Shown: positions 10,316 to 20,549, counted from the first letter of the stretch. The stretch is 64,000 nucleotides of DNA from Aulosira sp. ZfuVER01 (GCA_034530615.2 JAVRCV020000023.1:1-64000); one strand, 5' to 3'. Numbers and translations: made by a program. The notes: generated by a model not told the origin, from the sequence alone.

Positions 10316-12229
10316 CTAACGAGTATATTTCAAACTTTCCATTTTGCCTAAAAACTTATCTGTGAAAATGCTCATGACAGTGCGTTTCCGGACGTTAATA
10401 TTAGCACTTAAAGACATTCCAGATTGTAGGGGTACGTCTGCACCATTAATATTAATGGTTTGCTTTCTTAACCGAATTTCTGCCGGGAAACGATAGTATG
10501 GATGAGTTTGATCGGGGGGTAGAGCATCAGAACCTACACGGATTAAATCACCTTGAATATCACTAAATTCAGTGTAGGGAAAAGAATCAAGTCTGACATC
10601 AACAGGCATTCCCGCTTTGACAAAGCCAATATCGTTATTGGTAATGAAAACTTGTGCAACTAAGTTTTCTGGCGGCACAATTTTGAGAATAGATTCACTG
10701 CTGTTATAAACGTATCCTGGGCTGCGAGGTTTTAAATCAAAAACAATACCATCATTTGAAGCTCGCAGTTCTTGGTATTTCAGATTTAACTGAAGTTCAC
10801 TGATTTGACTGTTAATTTCTTGGATTTTTTTATTGTTTTCGACAATGACTTTGGTGAGTTGACTATCTATGTCGGCAATACGCTTTTCGTTATCGGCTAT
10901 TTTGCTGAGTAAATCTTCTTTGGAAAGGGCGATCGCATTTTGTAATTTCGTTTGCCCTTGGGCGATCGCTAATCTTAAACGTTCTTCTTCCTGCACCAAG
11001 CGGTTAACCTCAGCTTGGCTAGCATCCGCTGATTGTCGTCGTTCTAGGTAAGGTAAGCGGGCAAATGCTCCCTTTTGCACCAGAGTTTCTAAGTTACCGG
11101 CAATCTCTAAATTTGTCTTTAGACTACCTCTAGCGTTAATCAGTTGCACTTGCACTTGATTTAACTGCCGAGTTAACTGTTCTCTATCCAACCGCACTGA
11201 CTCAATTCGAGTTTCTCTCTCTAATTGCCTAGTCAGTAAGCGTTCTCGAAATCGCGGATTTAAATCACGTATTCCCGATCCTTGGTTTAATTCTGCACGA
11301 AAAAGTTGATTTTCCTGTACCAATGCCGCACGGTTTTCTGTCAGTGCTGCTAATTCTGGTAATTCCTGCAATTGCTTGAGGCTAGAAGTAGCTGTGAGCG
11401 ATCGCATCTGCGTCTTATAAAATTGATTTTCTGACATTAAGCTGGCGCGAACTGCTTGCAAAGAAGCTAATTTCGCCTGACTGGTAGTGCGATCGAAACT
11501 AACTAACAAATCGCCTTTTTTGACTCTTTGCCCTTCCTGCACGTGAATTTGGGCAATTACCCCGCCAACTGGTGCTTGGACTTCTTTGACAAAACCTTTC
11601 GGTTCGAGTTTACCTTGCACAGCAACAGATTCGTCAATCTTGGCATTACAAGCCCAGATGACGGCAAAAGTTGTCACTCCAACTATGCTCCAGACAATAG
11701 CATGAGACCAGGCACGAGATTGTTTGAGGATGACAGGCTGATCGAACTCCTCTTTCTCCTTAGGTAAAGTCAGTCCTGAATCACCAAAAACACCTACATC
11801 TCCTTGTAGAAGCAGTTGCCATTGACGCTGTGCTTCCGGGAACCGCTTCCAGATTAAAAATATTCCCCCAACTGCAAACAAGAATAAAAATCCACCTGTA
11901 GGTAGAAGTATTTCTAGCTGTAAAGGGCGATCTTCAACAGTAGTGACGAAATTATTGTGATAATCGCTCTTTTGTTGCAAAAATGGTTGGTTTTGGGATT
12001 GGGCTTGTGCCACTGTTGAGTCGATTGGGCGATTACTTGCCGGCGCTTCTCGATCAACAGGCGATGAAAATGCTACCTCCATGCTTTCTGGTTGACTAAC
12101 GCAAGCACTAGGATCGGATGTTGCTGGAGTTTTCTCCTCAGTACGAATTTCTTGGCAATAATTAGCAGGTGTTGGAGAGATTTTGGAACATTGTTGTGTG
12201 CAAGCTAGTAGCAAAGATAAATCTGGCAT
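10316..12229 (-). CDS. HlyD-family type I secretion adaptor with unusual N-terminal extension
   Basis: FDQPVILKQ + TM, GKLEPKG..EVQAPVGG, coiled coil, DIGFVKAG, FPYTEF, LQSGMS; start uncertain (ATG 12229 or TTG 12304). Confidence 0.9.
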   Translation of the reverse strand: MPDLSLLLACTQQCSKISPTPANYCQEIRTEEKTPATSDPSACVSQPESMEVAFSSPVDREAPASNRPIDSTVAQAQSQNQPFLQQKSDYHNNFVTTVEDRPLQLEILLPTGGFLFLFAVGGIFLIWKRFPEAQRQWQLLLQGDVGVFGDSGLTLPKEKEEFDQPVILKQSRAWSHAIVWSIVGVTTFAVIWACNAKIDESVAVQGKLEPKGFVKEVQAPVGGVIAQIHVQEGQRVKKGDLLVSFDRTTSQAKLASLQAVRASLMSENQFYKTQMRSLTATSSLKQLQELPELAALTENRAALVQENQLFRAELNQGSGIRDLNPRFRERLLTRQLERETRIESVRLDREQLTRQLNQVQVQLINARGSLKTNLEIAGNLETLVQKGAFARLPYLERRQSADASQAEVNRLVQEEERLRLAIAQGQTKLQNAIALSKEDLLSKIADNEKRIADIDSQLTKVIVENNKKIQEINSQISELQLNLKYQELRASNDGIVFDLKPRSPGYVYNSSESILKIVPPENLVAQVFITNNDIGFVKAGMPVDVRLDSFPYTEFSDIQGDLIRVGSDALPPDQTHPYYRFPAEIRLRKQTININGADVPLQSGMSLSANINVRKRTVMSIFTDKFLGKMESLKYTR

Positions 12230-12369
12230 AGTTCTACTTGGTCTATAGGGCAGAAAGCAAGAGGTAGTTTTTTGTCTCGTACAAAGGCTTAAAGAAGAAC
12301 GCAATTAGACTCTGCGTACCTCCGCGCTGACTTTGCGCCCCTTTGCGTTAAAAAAATACTCCTTCTCCC

Positions 12370-15291
12370 TCATAATTGCGATTCCTGTTGTTGAAAAAGA
12401 CAGTAATACCGTCCTTTCATGGACATAAGTTCGGCGTGTGTTCCTTGCTCGGCAATTACACCCCGATCCATGATGATGATTGTGTCGGCATTTTTGACAG
12501 TGTTGAGTCGGTGAGTAATAAATAAAACTGTACGTCCCCGAAAGAACTCCATCAAATTCCGACAGACTTTTTGTTCAGATTCGTAATCTAAAGCACTAGT
12601 GGCTTCATCAAGAATCAGTAATCTGGGATTTTGTAATACGGTACGAGCGATCGCAATTCGTTGGCGTTGTCCTCCAGAAAGGGCAGAACCTCGTTCGCCA
12701 ACTATGGTGTTGTAGCCGTTGGGTAAGGCCATGATGAAATCGTGCGCTGCTGCGGCTTTGGCGGCGGCGATGATTTCTTCGGTAGTTGCATCTGGACGAA
12801 TCAAAGCAATATTATCTTGAATTGTCCCTTCAAATAAAAGGGTATCTTGTAACACTATGCCGATTTGGCGGCGTAGAGAGTTTAACTCTACTTTCCTTAT
12901 ATCATAACCATCTATTTGGATGTGTCCGGCTACAGGTTCGTAGAGCCGTGGTAATAATTTTGTCAAAGTGCTTTTACCAGAGCCGCTTTGACCGACAATA
13001 CCAACAAAAGTTCCTGGAGCAATTGCCAAATTGATATTGATCAGTTTTAAACTATCTTCTGGGTTAAACCCAAAGGAAACTCCATTGTATTTAATTGCAC
13101 CATCAATTTCCGGTAGTGCAATATTATGGCGATCGCTTGCCTGAACTTCTGGCGCTGTATCTAAAATGTCACTGAGGCGTTCGATAGACAATGCTACTTC
13201 TTGGAAATTCTGTGATAGTTGAATTAACCGCAGTAAAGGACTAGTAACATATCCAGCAATGATCCGAAAGGCAATCAATTGTCCTAAAGAGAGTTGATTG
13301 GAGATGACTAAATGCGCGCCTACCCACAACAACACAAAACTCGAAAATTGATTTAAAAAGCTGCTGATGGAATTAGCAGTACTAGAAGTCAGGACATTTT
13401 TAAAGCCAGCGCTGATGTAACGGGTATAGCGATCGCGCCATTGCCAACGAGATTTTAATTCAATATTTTGTGCCTTAACTGTTTGAATACCCGTTAGAAT
13501 CTCCACTAAATAGGATTGAGTATCGGCGTGGCGTTCGGCTTTTGTGCGTAACTGTCGCTGAACAATTGGCACCACAAAGGTTGTCAGGATGGCAAATAAT
13601 GGCACGGTGGCTAATGCAACCAGGGTGAGCATCCAGCTATAAAACAGCATGATGCCGATATAAATCACAGAAAACACAGCATCTAGTACCACCGTCAACG
13701 CTGTTCCTGTGAGAAAAGAACGGATATTTTCTAGTTCGTTAATTCGTCCTGCTAATTCTCCGACGCGACGATGCTCAAAATAACTCAAAGGTAGTTTGAG
13801 TAAATGCTCGATGACTTCTGAACCCAAACGAATATCGATCCGGTTGGTAGTGTCAGCAAATAAATAAATTCGCAGACTCGTTAAAGCCGCCTCAAACACT
13901 CCAATCACCAACAAGAAAATGCCGAGAATATCGAGAGTATCGAGGCTTTTTTGGATTAATACAGTGTCGATGATGATTTGGGTGATGATGGGGTTTGCCA
14001 AACCAAATATCTGCACAAAAAAGGAAGCCACAAGGACTTCAACCAAAACCAGACGATATTTAGCGATGGAAGGTAGAAACCAACGCAGACTGAATTTTTC
14101 GGGGCGATCGACTTCTGCTTTTTCTACCGTCAATACTTGCCCTGACTCTCCCCAGATTTGGGCAAATTCTGCGGGAGAATATTGGCATACTCCAGTTTCG
14201 GGAGCAGCTACAACAACTTCCCGTTCGGTAATTTTATATAGCAAAGCGAGATTTTCTCGCCAATAAATTAAGGCGGGCGCAGTCAAACGGTTAACTACAT
14301 GAGCCGGAACCGTCACCAATTGGGCCTGCAAACCCATCATTTCTACAACTGCACCGGCTACTGGTAAGGAAATCTGCTTGTGTGTTTTTAGTTGATTGGT
14401 TAGGACTTTACGAATTAAATCGCGGCGAAAAGAACCCCCCAATATCTGATTCAACATCTGGAAACAGGCTAAAGGAGCATCAATAGCGCCTTTTCCCGAT
14501 ACAAGTATAGTTTGTGCTGGTGCGAGACTTTCGGCAATGGGGTCTGGAGGATATTCTGGAGCCGGAGCAATTGTTAATGTAGTGCCATGTTCATTCGGAG
14601 ACTTCCAAGGAACGCCGATTAAACGGACTTCAGTGGTGTTTTGCCAAGTTTCTTGAGAGTCATCTAACGCTAATCTATAGCCAACAGTCATACCCTCAAT
14701 ACCGCCAGCACTAACTAGCCACAAATGACGTTTGTTAAATTGCTGGGAATTGACAGTTCCAGGGACTAAATTTACTACCTGTGTTTCTTGCCATACTTGG
14801 CGTGCTAAATCTTTGATATCGGTCGTTGCATCTGCGTGACGCTGAATTTCTAAACTTAAGAGTTCAAAAACTTCGCTAATGTGGGGACGCGATCGCACTG
14901 CTTGGGCAAACTCTGGTTCTGTGTCCATCAATTGCAGAAATTCTGCCGCTTCCAGAGTAATCGCAATGACTTCTGTAGAGGCCATGACGGCCTCGCAACT
15001 AACTCCACGCACCAATCCCAACCAACCAAGAAACTCTCCTGGTTCGACTACAGTCAAACTAATTTGAGAGTTCGTCCATTGATCGTAACCCAATACCCGC
15101 GCCTGTCCTTGATAAATCACCATGACTTGTGCTGGCATTCTTTCTTTGACCAACATCCATTGTCCGGTGCGATATTGCAACAGTTGGCAGTTAAAGGCGA
15201 TGTTTTTTAAAGTAGCAAATGGGAGTTTGTCAAACGGAGGAGTGTCAACAAGGAATGCTAAAATTTCAGTTTGTGCGATCTCTGGCTTCAT
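12370..15291 (-). CDS. HlyB-type type I secretion ABC transporter (cNMP-binding + inactive C39-like + TMD + NBD)
   Basis: Walker A GQSGSGKS, LSGGQRQR, LDEATSALD; C39-like region DAPLACF lacks the catalytic DCG cysteine. Confidence 0.93.
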   Translation of the reverse strand: MKPEIAQTEILAFLVDTPPFDKLPFATLKNIAFNCQLLQYRTGQWMLVKERMPAQVMVIYQGQARVLGYDQWTNSQISLTVVEPGEFLGWLGLVRGVSCEAVMASTEVIAITLEAAEFLQLMDTEPEFAQAVRSRPHISEVFELLSLEIQRHADATTDIKDLARQVWQETQVVNLVPGTVNSQQFNKRHLWLVSAGGIEGMTVGYRLALDDSQETWQNTTEVRLIGVPWKSPNEHGTTLTIAPAPEYPPDPIAESLAPAQTILVSGKGAIDAPLACFQMLNQILGGSFRRDLIRKVLTNQLKTHKQISLPVAGAVVEMMGLQAQLVTVPAHVVNRLTAPALIYWRENLALLYKITEREVVVAAPETGVCQYSPAEFAQIWGESGQVLTVEKAEVDRPEKFSLRWFLPSIAKYRLVLVEVLVASFFVQIFGLANPIITQIIIDTVLIQKSLDTLDILGIFLLVIGVFEAALTSLRIYLFADTTNRIDIRLGSEVIEHLLKLPLSYFEHRRVGELAGRINELENIRSFLTGTALTVVLDAVFSVIYIGIMLFYSWMLTLVALATVPLFAILTTFVVPIVQRQLRTKAERHADTQSYLVEILTGIQTVKAQNIELKSRWQWRDRYTRYISAGFKNVLTSSTANSISSFLNQFSSFVLLWVGAHLVISNQLSLGQLIAFRIIAGYVTSPLLRLIQLSQNFQEVALSIERLSDILDTAPEVQASDRHNIALPEIDGAIKYNGVSFGFNPEDSLKLININLAIAPGTFVGIVGQSGSGKSTLTKLLPRLYEPVAGHIQIDGYDIRKVELNSLRRQIGIVLQDTLLFEGTIQDNIALIRPDATTEEIIAAAKAAAAHDFIMALPNGYNTIVGERGSALSGGQRQRIAIARTVLQNPRLLILDEATSALDYESEQKVCRNLMEFFRGRTVLFITHRLNTVKNADTIIIMDRGVIAEQGTHAELMSMKGRYYCLFQQQESQL

Positions 15292-16040
15292 CCCATCAAA
15301 TACTCCACACAGTGGTTAGCAGATTGTAAATGGGTTTGAATTTGTGTTTGTATCCAAGCTTCAAAGAGTTCGTCTAGCAAATACTGCTGCATATTGTCAT
15401 CTAACTGAGCAGGCAGTAATTGCTCTAAGCGAATAATTACATACCAATCGGCTATTAAATGTGGTTTCCAAATTTGACCGGGTTGACTGACATACAAAAT
15501 TTGCTGAATTATGGGATGTGGTTGAGACAGAGGAACTGGGCCAATTACCCCACCTGTCAGCGCTTCGCCTCCTTGGGAATACTGCTGCGCTATGGTTGCA
15601 AAAGGATGTTCTCCCTCAACAATCCGAAAATATAGCTCTTGAGCTAAACCTTCATCTTGGGTACGAATCATCGAATATATTACCCGGTCTAAATCTACTT
15701 TGCGTTGCAGAAAATAAGACTCTAGTTTCTTGCCCCACATTGCAAGCTGGAATTTATGGATTAATAGAGGACGGATTGCTATTTCCGCCATAATTTCTGC
15801 CGTTAGCTGATTCTTTTGCAACCATACTTGTTCTGTTTCTGGTGAAGTCAGTTGATGACGTTCCCGAAACTTGGCGATCGCGGCTAGATGTTCTGCTTCC
15901 GTGCATGAGAAAGATGCGATCGCCTCATCGATTGCTTTGGCACGTAATACCTGTGGTAACAACTGGTAACGATTTAGCAAAGACAGTAATTTTTCTGCCT
16001 GAAGAATTTCGTTACCCACTTGTAATGTTTGTGTCGTCAT
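15288..16040 (-). CDS. PpiC/parvulin-type peptidylprolyl isomerase associated with T1SS
   Basis: VIYSMIRT..GLAQELYFRI.EGE..FA..AQQYSQG.EA.TGG..GPVPL; 4-bp overlap with the ABC gene. Confidence 0.9.
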   Translation of the reverse strand: MTTQTLQVGNEILQAEKLLSLLNRYQLLPQVLRAKAIDEAIASFSCTEAEHLAAIAKFRERHQLTSPETEQVWLQKNQLTAEIMAEIAIRPLLIHKFQLAMWGKKLESYFLQRKVDLDRVIYSMIRTQDEGLAQELYFRIVEGEHPFATIAQQYSQGGEALTGGVIGPVPLSQPHPIIQQILYVSQPGQIWKPHLIADWYVIIRLEQLLPAQLDDNMQQYLLDELFEAWIQTQIQTHLQSANHCVEYLMG

Positions 16041-16831
16041 AATTCCTGACTAGCACGTTCGGCATTCTAAGGTTGGGGCAGAAATCTGTACATCTCACGC
16101 CGTGAGAGTATTTAAAGAGACTAAGGGTAAACACCCTATCTCTATTTCTGTTCAGGCATTTTTGATCGCATCCGGAATTTTTTCAATAAGCCTTTGTAAA
16201 ATTTTTTCGCCTGAATTTTGGCTAACTTAGCGAAAACTTTACATCATATACAGTTTTCAGAGTAATTTGTTACAAGCTTATCTAACTTCTACTGATTTTT
16301 TATGCTTTTTTATGATTTTTTTGGTAAAAAAAAATACTATTTTGGATAAATTTAATTACTTGTAGTTGCATAGATAACAACACTTTAATAATGATACAAA
16401 GGCATTATATGTACAAAATTTCAATTAAAGATTTAGGTATAAATTAAATTTTACCTACCATGTGACGGTTTATTGACCGCCACAAGGCAAGGGTGAAAAA
16501 AGCTACTGTATCTTTTATCCTGAGGGGAAGCGATTGATGTATTACTACTTACATCCTTTTCCTTTTAATCTACGGGGTCGTAATTCAACTGCCAGAAGCT
16601 CAAGCAGATAAAAAATCCCCAAATCAGGAAGTCGCACTAGAGGAGAAACGCTCCTCTAACACGTAAGTTTGATGTATCTAATACCAGACTTCACGGTACA
16701 TACAAGCTTGTGACAGCTTTGCGATAACTACCCTTATTTACACCTCTCCAGGTTTGCTTCTACCAATAAGTTGCAGCGGAATTTGTCTTGCTGCTGAGTT
16801 CATGTGAAGAAATCTCTAGGAGGATGGATTG

Positions 16832-17734
16832 ATGGCAACAAATACAACAACATTTGAAAAACAGGTCTTAGATTTAACCAATCAAGAACGAGCAAAGAAT
16901 GGTCTTGCACCACTGCAAGGCAATGTAGAACTCAACTACGCTGCCGATAAGTATGCAGAATTGATGGCACAACAACATTACTTTAGTCATACAGGCCCAG
17001 ATGGTTCACAACCTTGGGATAGAGCTAAAGCTGTGGGCTTTGAAGCCCAAACAATGGGGGAAAACATCGCTGCTGGTCAAAAAACGCCGCAAGAGGTAGT
17101 ACAAGCTTGGATGAATAGCCCAGGACACCGAGCTAATATCCTTAATCCGCAATTTACTCAACTCGGTGTAGGTTTTGACAACAACTATTGGGTTCAAGAC
17201 TTTGGCAGCAATGATACCAACCCCATCAGCAAGGTACCAACCTCTGTATTGGATTCAGTCTCTGAAGTTCCATCTCCACCTACTTCTACCCCTGGGAAAG
17301 AACTCAAAGGTGGAAATGGTAACGATATCCTAACTGGTGGCTCAGGTGATGATAAGTTGTGGGGTGGTTATGGTAAAGATACCCTCAATGGAGGTAATGG
17401 TAACGATTATCTGAACGGTGGGTTAGGCAAAGATAAGTTAACTGGCGGTGCTGGAAGCGATACCTTCGTTTATGAAAAACTTCAAGATAGAGGAGATACG
17501 ATCACTGATTTTGCTGTCAATCAAGACAAGATCGACTTGCGCGGGATTATGGGTGGCCAATCTTACACTGGCACAAATAAATTCGCTGATTACCTGAAAT
17601 TAGAACAACTTGGTAGCGATACCGTTGTTCGCCTTGACGTTGATGGAAAAGCAAAATCTGGTGGTTTCGAGAAGTTTGTGCTGTTGGAAAATGTCAATGC
17701 GTCTAGCCTAACCGCTAAAAACTTTGCTCTCTAA
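16832..17734 (+). CDS. CAP/SCP domain protein with RTX Ca-binding repeats and T1SS C-terminal signal domain
   Basis: FSHTG, GENIAAG, WMNSPGHRANIL; GGNGND/GGSGDD/GGAGSD nonapeptides; DTITDF..QDKIDL; AGGAGG RBS upstream. Confidence 0.92.
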   Translation: MATNTTTFEKQVLDLTNQERAKNGLAPLQGNVELNYAADKYAELMAQQHYFSHTGPDGSQPWDRAKAVGFEAQTMGENIAAGQKTPQEVVQAWMNSPGHRANILNPQFTQLGVGFDNNYWVQDFGSNDTNPISKVPTSVLDSVSEVPSPPTSTPGKELKGGNGNDILTGGSGDDKLWGGYGKDTLNGGNGNDYLNGGLGKDKLTGGAGSDTFVYEKLQDRGDTITDFAVNQDKIDLRGIMGGQSYTGTNKFADYLKLEQLGSDTVVRLDVDGKAKSGGFEKFVLLENVNASSLTAKNFAL

Positions 17735-17768
17735 TTCATACAAGTTTCTCAACTCCGCTTTGCCATTC

Positions 17769-17787
17769 GGGCGCGATCGCCGCGCCC
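17769..17787. terminator. Putative bidirectional terminator hairpin
   Basis: GGGCGCG-atcgc-CGCGCCC followed by TTTCTT, between convergent genes. Confidence 0.55.
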
Positions 17788-17798
17788 TTTCTTGGATA

Positions 17799-19655
17799 TT
17801 ATTGAGCAATGCTGGCAATTTGATTCCAGGCTTTAACTACTTGCAGTAAGCTGTTCGGCAAGTTCTTTTGGGAAATATCGTTATATCTCACCGTACCCTC
17901 TTTACTGGTAAGGGTGTAGGTAATATAATCAGCCGATCCTTGAGGTGCTGGGTAACTCAAATTGTTGAATTCACCAAACCGCGATCGCTCTACTAACTTC
18001 TCAAATTGTTGCACTTGTTGGGAAGAAATGCGGCGAACACTACGTTCCGAATCGTTAGCATCGCCAATCCGCACCCGAATCAAGCGTCCATCGTTAAGTA
18101 AAACAGTTTCATAGGTTCTGCCAATAAAGCCACCACTAGAAATCTGCCGAAACACTACATCTCTGTCTAAGGGTGATGGCATTTCATTTGCTGGAATAGG
18201 TACTGCGCTACCTGTATTTCTATTAGAACTCGAGCTACTACGCAGCTGATTCCAAGCTTTGACTACAGTTCGTAAATTGCTTGGTAATTGAGCTTGAGAA
18301 ATATTGTTGTACTTAACTGTACCCTCTGGGCTGGTGAGAGTATAGGTAATGTAATCAGCTGCACCACTGGGTGCTGGGTAATTCAAATTCTTAAATTGCG
18401 CAAATCTTGTGCTGGCTAACAATTGTTGAAATTGTTGTACCTGTTGGGGAGAAACCTGCCAAACTCTCCTTTGCGAATCGTTAGCATCGCCAATTCTCAC
18501 CCGAATCAGGCTACCATCATTGAGTAAAACAGTTTCGTAGGTAGTACCCGCCAAACCACCACTAGAGATTTGCCGGAATACGACATTTCGATCTAAAGAT
18601 GGTGGTAGTTCATTGCTGGGAATTGATACTGGTGTCAAATTGCCAGGATTACGATTTGGGCGATCGCGATTAGCAAGCTGAATTTGAGAACCACTTTCAT
18701 CACTGAGAAATACCCAAGGGCTAATTCTATTAGTCGATCTGACAAATACTTCCCAGCCAGATACTAATATTTGGTCGCAAGCATTGGGGAAAGTGGAACT
18801 GTCGCAACCTCTAGAGAATTTTTTCTGTTTATATGCAACAATATTCAGAGCGCTGATAGGTAATCCTGAAACCTGAGAAGCTTGACGTAAAACTCCATCC
18901 CTAACGTTTTGGGGCAATTTCTGACTATTAGTTTGATTAGCTCTTTCATTTAACCTAAGTTCGGAACCTGTTTCATCAGTGTGATAAACCAAGGTTTGTC
19001 CAACTGCGCCCACAACAATCCGCCAACCTGGTACTATCGCTCTGAGACAACTTTCATTAGCATTACCTAATTCTAAACAGCCATCTTGCCAATTTTGTTG
19101 TTGAGCTTGAATAATATTTAGCTGAGAAATTGGCTGTTGCAAACGTGTAGACGCAGCTTGCAAAACCTGATTTTTGACAGATTGTGGTAATTGGGTTGTG
19201 GTGTTATTTGTTGGCGTATTTGCTAAAGCTAACCGAACGGAACGCCCATTATTATTTGTGTGATAAACCCAATTTTGTTTACCATCAGTCGCCACTACTC
19301 GCCAACCAGGAACTATGGCTTGTGTACAATATTCATCCGGTTGAGGTAGTTCCAAGCAACCATTACGCCAATTCTGTTGGCTGTAATTAATTATTTGCAG
19401 TTTGTTTCGAGAAATTCCCGTTCTCCGGGATAAATCTTGTAGCACCACGTTAACTATGGGACGTGGTAATTGATTGAGTTTGAAATTTTGTTTCAGGACT
19501 TCGTTGGTTGTCTCTGGCGCAGGCCCAAGAGAGGCAGCAGTACTGCTTTTGATGAATGTTAACCCACTACCAACTGATAAGATTCCAGTTAACACTAAGG
19601 CAGTGAAAATTCGTGCTTGATTGCTGGTAGAATAATTACCCAAAGAGCCTTTCAT
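17799..19655 (-). CDS. Exported repeat-domain hypothetical protein
   Basis: 618 aa; signal-like N-terminus; 2-3 copies of a W.(D/N)GCL..C..AIVPGWR module and two ~130-aa copies of a FRQISSGG..TYETVLLNDG module. Confidence 0.85.
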   Translation of the reverse strand: MKGSLGNYSTSNQARIFTALVLTGILSVGSGLTFIKSSTAASLGPAPETTNEVLKQNFKLNQLPRPIVNVVLQDLSRRTGISRNKLQIINYSQQNWRNGCLELPQPDEYCTQAIVPGWRVVATDGKQNWVYHTNNNGRSVRLALANTPTNNTTTQLPQSVKNQVLQAASTRLQQPISQLNIIQAQQQNWQDGCLELGNANESCLRAIVPGWRIVVGAVGQTLVYHTDETGSELRLNERANQTNSQKLPQNVRDGVLRQASQVSGLPISALNIVAYKQKKFSRGCDSSTFPNACDQILVSGWEVFVRSTNRISPWVFLSDESGSQIQLANRDRPNRNPGNLTPVSIPSNELPPSLDRNVVFRQISSGGLAGTTYETVLLNDGSLIRVRIGDANDSQRRVWQVSPQQVQQFQQLLASTRFAQFKNLNYPAPSGAADYITYTLTSPEGTVKYNNISQAQLPSNLRTVVKAWNQLRSSSSSNRNTGSAVPIPANEMPSPLDRDVVFRQISSGGFIGRTYETVLLNDGRLIRVRIGDANDSERSVRRISSQQVQQFEKLVERSRFGEFNNLSYPAPQGSADYITYTLTSKEGTVRYNDISQKNLPNSLLQVVKAWNQIASIAQ

Positions 19656-19756
19656 ACTAAAGTAATAATTTAGTTACTAGTCAAAATAATTGCTACTCTG
19701 CAAATAAATACCAAAGAGTTTAAAGCCCTAAAGCTAAACAGCTTGAAATTCAACAA

Positions 19757-19792
19757 GCGTCTATCTTCTGATGCAGATGTGAAGATAGACGC
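19757..19792. terminator. Strong hairpin, probable terminator or leader structure
   Basis: GCGTCTATCTTC-12 nt-GAAGATAGACGC, 12-bp perfect stem. Confidence 0.6.
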
Positions 19793-20048
19793 CTATATGT
19801 TTAATATTTGTTCCTGAATTTTTACAGCTAGATTGATACAAGGTGAACACAGTTAAAGCTATTAGCTTTGCTGAGTGGCTTAGGTATATCTCACCATCAG
19901 CCTCATTCTATCTAAAACAAAAAATCCACAATCGTATTAAGCACTGAATATTGATCGATCGTTCGGTGCATCAAATCTAGTAGTATAAGTTTTCCAGCCT
20001 TTTCTATCTGGTGCTAACAAGGCATTTATATCGCTATGGGTAACACTA

Positions 20049-20549
20049 TCAAGCACTGAGAGCCTGCTGTTCAATCGATTGATTGTTCGGCAGATCGAAT
20101 CTAATAGTACTAGCTGCCCAATCTTTTAAATCAGGTGCTAGCCAAACTAGTTTACGAAGAATTTCATCATTTACCCACAAAACCAAGGGGCAATGAAACT
20201 GTTTTCGGAACTCATCGCGCATCAGATTGGTACTAATGATGAGTTCGTTGATATCGATTACAGATTCTAAGCCTCTGACCATCAAAACATCAGGTTGGTC
20301 AACGCCTACCGTAGTTGAGATGGTTGTATACAGGGTTTCAGTCCCAGGTGGTAGCACAATATCTTGGATATGCGCTGATGAGAATTCTGTTAACAGATTC
20401 AGTACCTGCTGTTGCCTATTAGCAGAGTTACAAGATGCCAAGATTAATGAAAATGCACCAGCAGAAACCATCACCGCTCTTGCGAGTCGTTTGGTGGCTG
20501 CAACGGTATTCCCCATACCGTCTTGTGAATTGTTCAAGCTGCTGATCAT
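20049..20549 (-). CDS. Hypothetical protein resembling the inactive-ATPase-like N-terminal domain of cyanobacterial WD40/TPR proteins
   Basis: FSLILASCN, LMVRGLESV, RDEFRKQFHCPLVLWV..LAPDL.DWA..IRF. Confidence 0.65.
   Translation of the reverse strand: MISSLNNSQDGMGNTVAATKRLARAVMVSAGAFSLILASCNSANRQQQVLNLLTEFSSAHIQDIVLPPGTETLYTTISTTVGVDQPDVLMVRGLESVIDINELIISTNLMRDEFRKQFHCPLVLWVNDEILRKLVWLAPDLKDWAASTIRFDLPNNQSIEQQALSA

Noticed and set aside
11810..11915. LPTGG + TM + KR as a sortase LPxTG signal
   Set aside because: Does not match LPxTG, is internal rather than C-terminal, and no sortase is visible.
16124..16137. AGGGTAAACACCCT as a HetR site
   Set aside because: Spacing is GGG-N6-CCC rather than N5, and the flanks do not match.
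16041..16831. Known riboswitch (c-di-GMP, c-di-AMP, glutamine) in the T1SS/CAP intergenic region
   Set aside because: I could not find the conserved core of any of these classes by eye.
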